53,130 bases of DNA from a virus. Lineage: Duplodnaviria; Caudoviricetes. How positions within the stretch are numbered: position 1 is the stretch's first letter; every line of letters starts with the position of its first letter. Below, piece after piece: positions 37,592 through 46,236 of this stretch. A program made the position numbers and the translations under genes. Below the pieces are notes generated by a model. The model was not told the DNA's origin, did no database searches, and saw nothing but the letters and a program-made list of their open reading frames with translations. The stretch lies in IMG/VR virus record IMGVR_UViG_3300037461_000603, positions 1-53,130 of that record. One strand, written 5' to 3'.

Positions 37592-37948
37592 TCACGTCTC
37601 GACCTCGATGACCTGGATACCAGCCTGTCGTGCTCTGCGGACCGTATCAGCGGTCCCACGGCCTCCAGGGAACGCGATCACCAAGTCCGGCTTGCCCTCG
37701 TCAATCATGCGCTGATTACTTACCGGGCTGGCGGATCGGCCTTCGACCGTCCAGCAGAGCACATCGAGTCCGGCCATGGCCGCCCACACGCCAGCCATCT
37801 GATCGGCTCCGGTGGCCCCTCCGTGGATGATGACGTCGAACGGACCAAGCTCGTGATTCAGCCTGGTCATGTGGTACCCGAACGCCAGGGCATCACGGCG
37901 ATGGTCTCCGAATATCCGGCCGCCGCAGACGAGAACGCGAGAGCTCAT
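37592..37948 (-). CDS. YspA/SLOG (DUF2493-like) protein
   Basis: RVLVCGGR, IIHGGATGAD, NQRM.....PDLVIAFPGGRGTAD. Confidence 0.88.
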   Translation of the reverse strand: MSSRVLVCGGRIFGDHRRDALAFGYHMTRLNHELGPFDVIIHGGATGADQMAGVWAAMAGLDVLCWTVEGRSASPVSNQRMIDEGKPDLVIAFPGGRGTADTVRRARQAGIQVIEVET

Positions 37949-38113
37949 GCGTGGAGCCTCCGGACGCCTGGATCCGCATCTCGGAATTTGACGGGCAATT
38001 GACAGCCAACAGCCGGCGCAACGTGTCTCGTCTCGTCCGACTTTGGCGCGAACCCACTGGCGCAGGCTGTCTGACGCTGTCTGTGAGGGTCGCAATTCGG
38101 CGCGAGCGTCTCC

Positions 38114-38163
38114 ACGGTCTTCGAACCCGTAGGCCACAAGTTCGAATCTTGTAGGGCGCGCCA
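38114..38163 (+). mobile_element. attP core: 3' half of tRNA-Arg(UCG)
   Basis: ACGGTCT-TCG-AACCCGT AGGCC ACAAG-TTCGAAT-CTTGT AGGGCGC GCCA; the 5' half is absent; 40 bp from the integrase stop. Confidence 0.85.
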
Positions 38164-38203
38164 AATGAAAACAACCGAGTTCGTTGCCATACATCACCCC
38201 CAA

Positions 38204-39391
38204 TCAGGGCTTTTTGACGGGCGATTGACGGCCAATCTCGGGTTTCTGCGTCAGGGTCGCGTCGATCATGTCGGCGACCTCGCGCATCTGTGGACGCAGC
38301 ACGTGCGAGTAGATCTCCATCGTCACCCGCGGCGAGCTATGTCCGAGCAGCTTGGCCACCTTCCCGGGGTGCACGTCCTGCTCGAGCAGGTAGGTCGCGA
38401 TGCCGTGGCGCAGGTCGTGGAACCGGATCCGCTCGCCCCGCTCGACCGGCAGGCCAGCGGCTTTGAGAAGCGGCAGAAAGCTCCGGTTGCGCAGGTTCGG
38501 CTTGCGCGTCCAGCCGCCCTCCGTCGTGCAGAACACCGGGGCCCCGAGGTGCCTCTCGGCGAGCATCGCCTTTCGGTGCGCCTGGAGCGCCAGGACGGCG
38601 CGCTGCGGGAGCTCGACCACGCGCGTGCTCTGCTCGGTCTTCGCCTCGTCGCTCGGCCCGAAATGGCCCTTGGTCTCGACCAGGGTCCGGCGGATCGTCA
38701 TCGTCCGCAGCTGCAAGTCGACGTCCGGCCACTTGAGCCCGAGGAGCTCGCCCTGGCGCGCACCGGTGAGCGCAGCCAGCACGTAGAGGGCGCCAAGCCG
38801 GTCGGCCTCGGCAGCCGCGAGAAACCGCCCACACTCCTCGCGCGTAAGGACGGTGTATTGCCGCTTCGGCTTGCGCGGAGGCTCGACGCCATCGCATGGG
38901 CTCAGCCGGATGTAGCGCCAGCGCACCGCCTGCCGCATCGCCGCGCGGGTGATCTCGAAGACCATCGACGGCGTGCGCTTGCCGCCCGACCTCCCGAGCT
39001 CGTTCAGCATCGCCTGGATGTGGAGCGGCTCGAGGCTCGCCAGGCGGATCGGTCCGATGTGCGGCTTGATGCAGCGGGCGATCAAGTCCTCGTAGCGGCG
39101 CCTGGTCGTGACGCGGATCTCGTGCGTCGCCATCCACTTGTCGAGATACTCGCTGGTCGTGAGCCGGTGCGCCTTCAGGCCGGCGCGGAGCGTGGTCCGG
39201 TCCGTGGTCGCCAGCTTCTCGAGGACCTCGGCTTTGGTTGCTCCGTACAGCGTGCTCCGCATCCGCTTGCGCCGGATCGCTCCGTCTGGGCGCTCGATCA
39301 TCGCGTATCCGATCGAGACCTCGACCGTCCAGCGGCCGTCCTTGCGTTGATAGACCGCGCCCTCGCCTCGCCCGCGTCGTGTTCGTGTCAC
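38204..39391 (-). CDS. int: Tyrosine integrase
   Basis: RGRGEGAVYQRKDGRW arm domain; TGARQGELLGL, K, FHDLRH, LGHS...T..IYSH. Confidence 0.96.
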   Translation of the reverse strand: MTRTRRGRGEGAVYQRKDGRWTVEVSIGYAMIERPDGAIRRKRMRSTLYGATKAEVLEKLATTDRTTLRAGLKAHRLTTSEYLDKWMATHEIRVTTRRRYEDLIARCIKPHIGPIRLASLEPLHIQAMLNELGRSGGKRTPSMVFEITRAAMRQAVRWRYIRLSPCDGVEPPRKPKRQYTVLTREECGRFLAAAEADRLGALYVLAALTGARQGELLGLKWPDVDLQLRTMTIRRTLVETKGHFGPSDEAKTEQSTRVVELPQRAVLALQAHRKAMLAERHLGAPVFCTTEGGWTRKPNLRNRSFLPLLKAAGLPVERGERIRFHDLRHGIATYLLEQDVHPGKVAKLLGHSSPRVTMEIYSHVLRPQMREVADMIDATLTQKPEIGRQSPVKKP

Positions 39392-39394
39392 CGG

Positions 39395-39604
39395 CTACCC
39401 CACGGCCCGCATCATGCTCTTCGCCGCCATCTCGATCAGCGCCTTCTTGGGGATGCGACGGCGCCCGCGGATCTGAGCATAGACGAGCTCCCCCGACTCC
39501 ATCAGGCGACAGACCGTCCTGGTGGAGACGGACAAGAATGCCGCGGCATCTGCCACCGAGACCAGCCCCTCGTCAAGGAGACCGGCCACCTCTCGCTCTG
39601 TCAT
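39395..39604 (-). CDS. xis: Excisionase (HTH_17/MerR-like)
   Basis: LVSVADAAAFLSVSTRTV.RL...GEL....I.G.RRI; directly upstream of int. Confidence 0.85.
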   Translation of the reverse strand: MTEREVAGLLDEGLVSVADAAAFLSVSTRTVCRLMESGELVYAQIRGRRRIPKKALIEMAAKSMMRAVG

Positions 39605-39667
39605 GTGCTTCTCCTTCGCATCTTGCGTATCTCCGTCACGTCCCGGCCATCGACGACCGCGCGAGTG

Positions 39668-40105
39668 TCATGCGCCGGTCTCTTCCGTCTTCCGCCCGAG
39701 CCCCACGGTGATCGGCGGCGGCACGAGCATGATCTCGGTCTGGCAGTGCCACAGATGCAGGCAGTGCGGGTGGTCGTTGCAGTAGTCCTCGATGGCCGGG
39801 TGGATCTGAATCACCGTCGCCGAGGGATCGAAGAACAGGTCGCGGACCTTGCACATCTCGTCCCAGGTCGGGCAGCGATTGCGACCAGGCAAAGACACGC
39901 TGACGTGGTCCCAGCCGAGCCCGTCGCCGACGATGATCTTCACCTTCACGGTCTGCAAAGGCATCTTCAGCTCGAGACAGAATAGGCCATACGGAGCTCC
40001 GCGCGGAGACGACCAATCACCACCGCACACCCGCCCGCGCTCGACGACGTCGGGATACCTCGGTCGCAATGCCGAGCCTCGTTCTCGTGCTGTCGTGTCG
40101 GTCAA
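39668..40105 (-). CDS. Conserved phage protein (WDHVSVS...RCPTWDEM...HP..LHLW; DUF7694-like)
   Basis: Motif recognition; probable TTG start overlapping the upstream stop. Confidence 0.8.
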   Translation of the reverse strand: MTDTTARERGSALRPRYPDVVERGRVCGGDWSSPRGAPYGLFCLELKMPLQTVKVKIIVGDGLGWDHVSVSLPGRNRCPTWDEMCKVRDLFFDPSATVIQIHPAIEDYCNDHPHCLHLWHCQTEIMLVPPPITVGLGRKTEETGA

Positions 40106-40482
40106 AACGGCTTCTCCTCGTCGTCCTGCTCCTGGTCGCAGTAGTCGTCGTCCATCGAGTCTTCGCCGAACGTGATCACCTCGGCATCCTGCTCGTGCGC
40201 CGGCAATGCCTGCTGCTGCATCCGCCACGGGATGATCGGGTCCTGTGTCTGTTCGGCGGCGTAGGCGCGCGCCGTGTCCTCGTCGGTCCACGAGATTCCG
40301 TAGATGCTCGCCCCGCCGTAGTGCTTGGTCGCCATCGACCCGTCAGCCCGCGGGATGTCGATCCGGGCCATCACGGTCCCGAAGCGCTCCTCCTCGACGA
40401 TGAACCCCGCATGTGAGCGGTGCCCCATCAGCTCGAGGATGCCCCAGCCCCGCACCCGGTTCGTGTCGTTCTTGTCGGTCAT
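40102..40482 (-). CDS. Conserved phage protein (ILELMGH...AG...RIDIP)
   Basis: Motif recognition; operonic. Confidence 0.75.
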   Translation of the reverse strand: MTDKNDTNRVRGWGILELMGHRSHAGFIVEEERFGTVMARIDIPRADGSMATKHYGGASIYGISWTDEDTARAYAAEQTQDPIIPWRMQQQALPAHEQDAEVITFGEDSMDDDYCDQEQDDEEKPF

Positions 40483-40483
40483 C

Positions 40484-40726
40484 TCAGAACCTCACCGTGC
40501 ACGACTTGAATACCAGCCCGCAGCACACGACGCCGCGTACCATCTTGCCGACCGGATTCTTCGCGCGGAACCCGGTCGACCAGGAGTCATCCCTGCTGCA
40601 CGAGAACGGAGACCAGCCGGTGATCTCGATCTCGGTGAATCCGTGGTTGCGCAGAGCTGCGCGCGACGCGTCTTCGTTGGCACAGCCGATGACGGCGAGA
40701 CACGCAATCAGTAGTAGGCTCCTCAT
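40484..40726 (-). CDS. Phage lipoprotein, Cys-rich
   Basis: MRSLLLIACLAVIGC lipobox; G.....ITG...F.CS.DD...TGF.A....G.VC.G...K.CT.RF. Confidence 0.8.
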   Translation of the reverse strand: MRSLLLIACLAVIGCANEDASRAALRNHGFTEIEITGWSPFSCSRDDSWSTGFRAKNPVGKMVRGVVCCGLVFKSCTVRF

Positions 40727-40773
40727 CGCCTCAAGACCTCCAGTTATGAGCGCGCACTCCGCGCGCAAAACGC

Positions 40774-41043
40774 TCATCTCCCTCGCTCGATCTCCGACAG
40801 CTCCTGCATGCTGATTCCGAGTCTCACCGACTCCTGCCGCAGCGACAGTCCACGAGCCTTGCGGTCTTCTCGCCTGCGCTTGCCTTCACAGATTCGCGCC
40901 ATGTGCTCGGGCGTCACCTCGCCGGTGCCGTTGCACGTGAAGCACGGGATCTGCTCGAACGCGCCCCAGCGCTTGCCGTTGCGCACGCCATCGACGAACG
41001 CTCCGACCTTCTTGGGGCCTTCACAGTGCGGGCAGGTGGTCAT
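40774..41043 (-). CDS. Zn-finger plus XRE-HTH protein
   Basis: CPHCEG / CFTCNGTG and GLSLRQ...LGIS..ELSEIERG. Confidence 0.8.
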   Translation of the reverse strand: MTTCPHCEGPKKVGAFVDGVRNGKRWGAFEQIPCFTCNGTGEVTPEHMARICEGKRRREDRKARGLSLRQESVRLGISMQELSEIERGR

Positions 41044-41098
41044 TGTCTCAGCTCCGGATGCCGCGCGAGCGCGAGTTCATCGACGTCGATCGTGATGC

Positions 41099-41455
41099 TC
41101 ATGGCCACTCCGAATTCGCCAGTGCGCCGTGCTTGGCGCGTCTCTCCGGCGGCAGATTGTTGTCCTCGCGCCAGACGTCGAGCAGGCTGCGCTTGGCGTG
41201 CACCTTGTCGGGCGTGCCGCAGTGCGGACACGGCGCCATGTGCTCGTCGTCGACAATCAGGATCTTGCGCGCGCGGTCGATCAGCACGATACGGATCGAC
41301 GGCTCGCCGAGGTCGGCGAGGATGTCCGCCTCGACCCTGTAGCCGTGGCTGTCGATGCAGGCGGCGATCCACTGCGCGCGGCAGGCTCGCTGGTCGACGG
41401 CAGCAAACCACCACGTCGAGCCGTCATCGAGTTCCCACAGGCGGGTGTCTGTCAT
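41099..41455 (-). CDS. Hypothetical protein
   Basis: ATGA-coupled ORF, CPHC. Confidence 0.6.
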   Translation of the reverse strand: MTDTRLWELDDGSTWWFAAVDQRACRAQWIAACIDSHGYRVEADILADLGEPSIRIVLIDRARKILIVDDEHMAPCPHCGTPDKVHAKRSLLDVWREDNNLPPERRAKHGALANSEWP

Positions 41456-42171
41456 GGCTTCTCCTCGACAAGAACAAGGCGAGACGGGCTGATATCCTGC
41501 AGATCGGTCTTGTGACCGTCCGGTCCCTGGCCTTCATGCACGGTGTAGTTTCTGTCGGAGTCATCGAGACCGCAGTCGCCGCGTCGAAGGTGCTTGGCGC
41601 AGAACCGGCGCGCGTCTCGGCCACTCCAATCGTTCTCCGCGGTGTGCTTGTTCCCTTCGCTGTCATATCGGTGATTGAGCAAATACGTGCTCACCGCTGG
41701 TTCGCTGCATCCGACCTGGAAGCACAGATCCGGCGTGGCGTCTCCTCTGAACCAGCCGACATGCCCCGTGTATTGCTCGGGCCAGATTCGCAACGCCCAC
41801 GGCAGGTGGCCGAGAGTAGCGAGCAGTTGCTGCCGCTCGCCGTTGTTTGTCATGTCGATGATGTGCCGACCCTTGCGGCGGAACCGCAGACCGTCGCACG
41901 GCAGGTCGTGCAGGTCCTTGTGATCAGACCACACCCCGGGGTAGATGGCCGCACACGCCGTCTCGATGCTGCAGTAGCCGCCGTCGAATGGTGTCCAGAT
42001 ACCACCTTCGCGTCGCTCCCACATGGCGCTGACGCGCCATTCGTCGCCTGACAACTCGCTTGTCTTGTATCGTGGCACCATGATGCACCTGAGCAAGGGC
42101 TTTTCGTCGACGATCACCTGCACCTCGTCGAGCCCTTCGTCATCACGGTGCTGCACGTAGTTCAGTTTCAT
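41452..42171 (-). CDS. Hypothetical Zn-binding protein
   Basis: GGAG RBS; CFQVGC...FCAKH..RGDCG. Confidence 0.7.
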   Translation of the reverse strand: MKLNYVQHRDDEGLDEVQVIVDEKPLLRCIMVPRYKTSELSGDEWRVSAMWERREGGIWTPFDGGYCSIETACAAIYPGVWSDHKDLHDLPCDGLRFRRKGRHIIDMTNNGERQQLLATLGHLPWALRIWPEQYTGHVGWFRGDATPDLCFQVGCSEPAVSTYLLNHRYDSEGNKHTAENDWSGRDARRFCAKHLRRGDCGLDDSDRNYTVHEGQGPDGHKTDLQDISPSRLVLVEEKP

Positions 42172-42780
42172 GGCTTCTTCTCCTCGGGCACATACTTGGC
42201 CACACGCTCATCGGCTCCATTCGATCACCCACACGACTCGCTTGGATCTGGTCATGGCTTGTCTTGCTCCTGGGCGTTCAATGTCAGCACCGCCCAAAGA
42301 GCCACTAGCCACACCAGACCAAGCATCAAACCGGCAACACCAGACACGCCCCACAAGCTCCACACGATGATTGTGAGCGCAGTAATCGGAGCGCTAACGA
42401 CAAAGATTGCGAGGACGGTTCTCATGGCTTGGTCTCCCGCGGCGGCGGTCCAAAGAACTCCGAGCGATCAACTATCTCCGCGAATCCGTCATCCCCCCAG
42501 CGCACTCGGATAACGACGTGCTCCGCATTCTTGCGCCGTGCGAATCCACGCCTACCCCAGCCTCGGCACTTGCACTCATGATCAATGTTGCCATCACAGT
42601 GCGGTCTGCCTTCGGAAATGGCGAAACAGATGTTCTCCACCATGGAGTCGATCGCACCATTGTTGCCGCCATATCCAGCCGCGGCGTACTTCGCTGGGTA
42701 GTACACGACACATGGCGCGTCGAACTCCCACCCATCATCCCACATGCAGCCACGGAACTCTGTTGGGCGCCCACTGGCAG

Positions 42781-43323
42781 TCATGGCTTGGCCTTCCCGT
42801 TGTCGGCGAGGGCGGCGCGGGCCTCGCACAGCACGCACGCCTCGGTGCACTTGCCACCTATTGACGGACCTGTGTGTTGCATGGCCCTTCTGCTGATGGC
42901 TTCGCGTAGGATTGATCGCAGCCGATTGTTCTCCGCACGGAGTGCCATGCACTCATCCACGCGACGAGCGACATCGACGCATGACGCGCTCATGTAATCC
43001 GGGTGCATGTTTCTCGCTTCCGCGGCGCTTACTGGCGTGTCGGCGAGTGCGACTACACCGCATGCCGCGAGGCGCATCCTCTCGCGTTCCAACTTGGCGC
43101 GCAGGTCGGCAACGAGCGCATTGCCCTGACACGATCCGCACACTGTACCTCTGGCCTTCATCTCCTCATCGCAGTTGCAGACGTACGGGTGATTGGCATC
43201 TTCGGCAGCGAAGTAGTGCTCGCACCCAGGCCAGTCAGCAGGCACACACTCCGGCGCTTGCTCGGAGCACGACTCGGTGCCCCACGACACACAGTCAGCA
43301 CATCGGGTGGTCTTCTCGGTCAT
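42781..43323 (-). CDS. Hypothetical Cys-rich protein
   Basis: MTEKTT start coupled to the upstream stop; ERERMRLAACGVVA motif. Confidence 0.6.
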   Translation of the reverse strand: MTEKTTRCADCVSWGTESCSEQAPECVPADWPGCEHYFAAEDANHPYVCNCDEEMKARGTVCGSCQGNALVADLRAKLERERMRLAACGVVALADTPVSAAEARNMHPDYMSASCVDVARRVDECMALRAENNRLRSILREAISRRAMQHTGPSIGGKCTEACVLCEARAALADNGKAKP

Positions 43324-43514
43324 TTGCGTGGCTCCACGATCTCGACCCCGCCGTCGATGTAGCCGTGGGCCCACTCCTGCCAGTAATACTCATGCAGCCA
43401 GGCGATCAGCTCATCGCCGTCGAGCTCGGCAGGCACGTCGCCGTCATCGATCTCGATCTCGTCTTCGTGGCTGGCCTGTGGGTAGCCGATGCTCAGCGTC
43501 ATGCGGATCTTCAT
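43320..43514 (-). CDS. Small acidic phage protein (DUF7167-like)
   Basis: SIGY..A.HED.IE......EWA..YID. Confidence 0.7.
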   Translation of the reverse strand: MKIRMTLSIGYPQASHEDEIEIDDGDVPAELDGDELIAWLHEYYWQEWAHGYIDGGVEIVEPRK

Positions 43515-43750
43515 CCTCTCGTCCTCCTCGCCTTATCTTGCGGTTGGCGTCTCCACAGCTTGGCGTGCGCGCAGGTCGTGAAGTGCGACACCAGACGTTT
43601 CACGCCAGGCTCTGGCTTCACGACGTGGGCGACGCCGTTCTGGAGCTCTACGTTGCCGCCATCGACAGGCTCAGGGTCGAGCGGTATCGGAATGCCCGTC
43701 AAGGTCTTCGCCCAGAGGATGGGAGCGCGGCAGGTACGGCAGGTGCTCAT
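43511..43750 (-). CDS. Conserved phage Zn-ribbon protein
   Basis: CRTCRAPILW..T..G..IPLD.EP...GNV...SHF.TC. Confidence 0.75.
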   Translation of the reverse strand: MSTCRTCRAPILWAKTLTGIPIPLDPEPVDGGNVELQNGVAHVVKPEPGVKRLVSHFTTCAHAKLWRRQPQDKARRTRG

Positions 43751-44268
43751 CTTGCACCTCGGGCGAGCGCCAATAGGGCGTCGCGGAAGGCGGGTGGGGT
43801 CGACGCGCACTCTCGCCGGCTGAGCCTGGAGCGCGGTCGGATGCCCTGTGTGCGTGCACGTCGGCGTTCGGCTGCAGTATGAAAGCCCTCGTCGAGTCGA
43901 CGTCCAGACGACGGGCCCCAGACGAGCTCTGGCGTCTGCACGCCGTGCGCATAGAGCCACGTGGCCTTGCGTGCCGGGTGCCCGTAGTGACCCTGCTCCA
44001 CACAGCACGTCCACCCGCCATCTATGCAGGCCACCCACCCGCCACGACGCGGCGGAATCGCGAGCGAGAAGCGACGAAAGGCATGGCTCCCTTCCGGGTG
44101 TTCGAGCACCCCCCCCCATCGCTCGCACGGCGGATGCGCCACAACCGGGTGCGGGCCGGCATAGCCGCGCGCGTCACGAGACTCCGGCCACGGGTCCACC
44201 CCCGGGATCCCGTAGTACGCACCGCCCTCCTCGACGTAGAGCGCTGCAACGGTTGCGAGCTCGCTCAC
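43747..44268 (-). CDS. DNA cytosine methyltransferase-like protein, probably internally deleted
   Basis: [35 protein letters not shown]. Confidence 0.7.
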   Translation of the reverse strand: MSELATVAALYVEEGGAYYGIPGVDPWPESRDARGYAGPHPVVAHPPCERWGGVLEHPEGSHAFRRFSLAIPPRRGGWVACIDGGWTCCVEQGHYGHPARKATWLYAHGVQTPELVWGPSSGRRLDEGFHTAAERRRARTQGIRPRSRLSRRECASTPPAFRDALLALARGAR

Positions 44269-44510
44269 TCACCGCCTCCTGGCCTGAATCCCAGAAACCT
44301 CGGCCCGTCGTGCAGGATCTCGTCGAGCTGCCCGTCGCTGTCGTAGTAGAGCAGCCGGCGCTTGCCCAGATGACCGGCGGCGAACAACGCGGCCACGACA
44401 TGCTCGGCATCGTTCGTCACGGTCGGGTGCATGTGCCACGGCCCGACGTCGCGGATGACGAGCGGCTCGCGGCCATCGCCCTGCATGACGTTGTAGCGCG
44501 CGTGCGTCAT
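44265..44510 (-). CDS. Conserved phage protein (TVTNDAE.VV...YYDSDG..DEI)
   Basis: Motif recognition; ATGA overlap. Confidence 0.75.
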   Translation of the reverse strand: MTHARYNVMQGDGREPLVIRDVGPWHMHPTVTNDAEHVVAALFAAGHLGKRRLLYYDSDGQLDEILHDGPRFLGFRPGGGE

Positions 44511-44695
44511 GGTGCCGTCCGCGTCCCCGTCCGCGTCCCCGTCCGCGTCCGCGTCCACGTCCGCGTCCCCGTCCACGTCCGCGTCCCCGTCCGCGTCCGC
44601 GTCCCCGTCCGCGTCCACGTCTCCGTCCGCGTCCCCGTCCGCGTCCACGTCCCCGTCCGCGTCCGCGTCCGCGTTGCCCGCAGGTGAGGACGCAT
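44507..44695 (-). CDS. (Thr-X)n repeat peptide [17 protein letters not shown]...
   Basis: TGATG overlap with the upstream stop and ATGA overlap with the downstream start. Confidence 0.6.
   Translation of the reverse strand: MRPHLRATRTRTRTGTWTRTGTRTETWTRTGTRTRTGTRTWTGTRTWTRTRTGTRTGTRTAP
44515..44670. repeat. 26 copies of a hexamer [GCA]CGTCC
   Basis: Read directly; one variant unit (ACGTCT). Confidence 0.95.
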
Positions 44696-44994
44696 CACCG
44701 CACCGTCCTGGGAAGCGCATGCGGCCAATCGGTGATGACTGCACCGTTCGCCGGGAGATCGACTTGCACGCCGTCCGGGGTCGGCTCGATTTCGCATTCG
44801 GCGTCGAAACGGCCAGCGAAGAATTCCGAGCGACGACCCGTGTACGAGATCCATGCAGCATCGGTTAGAACGATTCGCTCGGCGTCTCGGCTGACGAGCC
44901 GACCAACGTACATGCTGACGCATCCGTCCGGGAGTGGCACCTCGACGACGAGGTTGCGTGATGCCGACTTCTTGGTTGCCTTCTTGGTTGCCAT
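44695..44994 (-). CDS. Small beta-rich protein, possibly Sm/SH3-like
   Basis: AGGAG RBS; Y.GRLV......IVL.DAAWI..TGR...EIEP.P pattern. Confidence 0.7.
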   Translation of the reverse strand: MATKKATKKSASRNLVVEVPLPDGCVSMYVGRLVSRDAERIVLTDAAWISYTGRRSEFFAGRFDAECEIEPTPDGVQVDLPANGAVITDWPHALPRTVR

Positions 44995-45004
44995 CTCTTC
45001 ACTC

Positions 45005-45220
45005 CTATGCCGCGGTGTGCGGCGATTGATTCTGTTGGCTCTGCGACTCAAGTGCTGCCTTGCGCGCCTTCGCGTACTGGTCGCGTCGATAGTCACGCGC
45101 GCACTCCTCGCAGCAGAACGGACCGGCCTGCTTTGGGTTGCGCTTCTTGTTTCTCAGCCAGTGCTCGACCTGATCTTGCCGGACCTCACGACCGCAGCCT
45201 CGGGTTGCGCAGCGGATCAT
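45005..45220 (-). CDS. Zn-finger protein
   Basis: CATRGC...FCCEEC. Confidence 0.6.
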   Translation of the reverse strand: MIRCATRGCGREVRQDQVEHWLRNKKRNPKQAGPFCCEECARDYRRDQYAKARKAALESQSQQNQSPHTAA

Positions 45221-45222
45221 TG

Positions 45223-45927
45223 TCAGCTCTCCACCGGGACAGACGCGTGCTCGTCAGCAACGTCGATGCCGTCCACCACCGTCAGCGGATCCACCTCATG
45301 CAGAAGTCCGATGACTATCTGCTCAAGGTCGACTCTCGATGCCTGTGCTCTGTCCAAGTCGACGCCCGACATCAGACGCGCCACGACAAGACCGAGGTCG
45401 GTGGCCGAGATGAAGTAGCCCCTGCTGAGAAACTTTCTCGCGCGCATCAGTGAGCCACCAACGTCTTCCTGGCGCACTGGCTTGCAGTAGACAAGGCGTC
45501 GAGCTGCGAGGTCGGCGTAGAAGCATGCATCGCAGAGCGAGTGCCAGCGATCCTCGTGCCACCACGCGACTGACCGCGCGATGGTGTAGTCGAACTCTTC
45601 GAGCAGTTGAGATGGTTCGCTGTAGAGCCAGCGGTGAATGAACTGGACCGGTGTCCGGCCCGGCGTGAGCACCGTGTAGGCATTCTCCGTCTCGTGCAGA
45701 CGGGCCTTCCGGGAGAGGGCGAGCTTCAGCGCGACCTCGTGCAGCTTGTCTTTGTCGGCTCCGAATAGGTCGATGTCTGATGGTTGCTCGTTCGAGATGA
45801 CGGAGCGGATGAAACCACCGGCGACGAACAGACTGTGCTCTTTCAGGAGCGCTTGCACGTCGCGCGGGAGATGGATGACCACTCGTCGAATGTCGGCCTG
45901 AACAAGGGTTGTTGTTGGTCTGGACAT
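45223..45927 (-). CDS. Pol-beta superfamily nucleotidyltransferase
   Basis: FVAGGFIRS.....SDIDLF, QFI, FDYTI, R.RKF..RGY. Confidence 0.85.
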   Translation of the reverse strand: MSRPTTTLVQADIRRVVIHLPRDVQALLKEHSLFVAGGFIRSVISNEQPSDIDLFGADKDKLHEVALKLALSRKARLHETENAYTVLTPGRTPVQFIHRWLYSEPSQLLEEFDYTIARSVAWWHEDRWHSLCDACFYADLAARRLVYCKPVRQEDVGGSLMRARKFLSRGYFISATDLGLVVARLMSGVDLDRAQASRVDLEQIVIGLLHEVDPLTVVDGIDVADEHASVPVES

Positions 45928-45928
45928 G

Positions 45929-46216
45929 TCACACCGCCTTTTGCTTGAACCCGTTGCATGACCGCAGCCACACCGGATCGAAGTTGCTTGGCCAGAGAAA
46001 CCAGCCATTCACGATTCCGTGCGGATCGCCGGTGACGCCGAGCTTCTTGCGTGCGCCACCGTCTCCGAGCAGCCCCCCTGCGGTCTGCATGAACAACGTG
46101 AACGGGTCTTGGTTTCCGCAAGCGTCCGGGTGACCGCATGCGGAGTGAGCGTCGCCGGCAAGCTGGCGGCGGTAGGCGCAGTCGTAGCAGTTGGGTTTGG
46201 TTGGTTCGGTGTTCAT
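45929..46216 (-). CDS. Cys-rich phage protein
   Basis: CY.C.YR....G.AHS.C; HG...GWF.WP.NFDPVWL..C.GF. Confidence 0.75.
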   Translation of the reverse strand: MNTEPTKPNCYDCAYRRQLAGDAHSACGHPDACGNQDPFTLFMQTAGGLLGDGGARKKLGVTGDPHGIVNGWFLWPSNFDPVWLRSCNGFKQKAV

Positions 46217-46236
46217 CTCACGCCACCTTCTTGGGT

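Noticed and set aside
38090-38163. Complete tRNA-Arg gene
   Set aside because: No D arm or 5' acceptor strand upstream; only the 3' half is present, as expected for attP.
38165-39985. 606-aa plus-strand ORF
   Set aside because: Antisense shadow of int, xis and the neighbouring gene in GC-rich DNA.
44515-44670. Possible CRISPR array, or a DADGD-repeat protein (ORF 44265-44861)
   Set aside because: It is a hexamer microsatellite with no spacers and no cas genes. The Asp frame has no good start, whereas the Thr frame is overlap-coupled at both ends.
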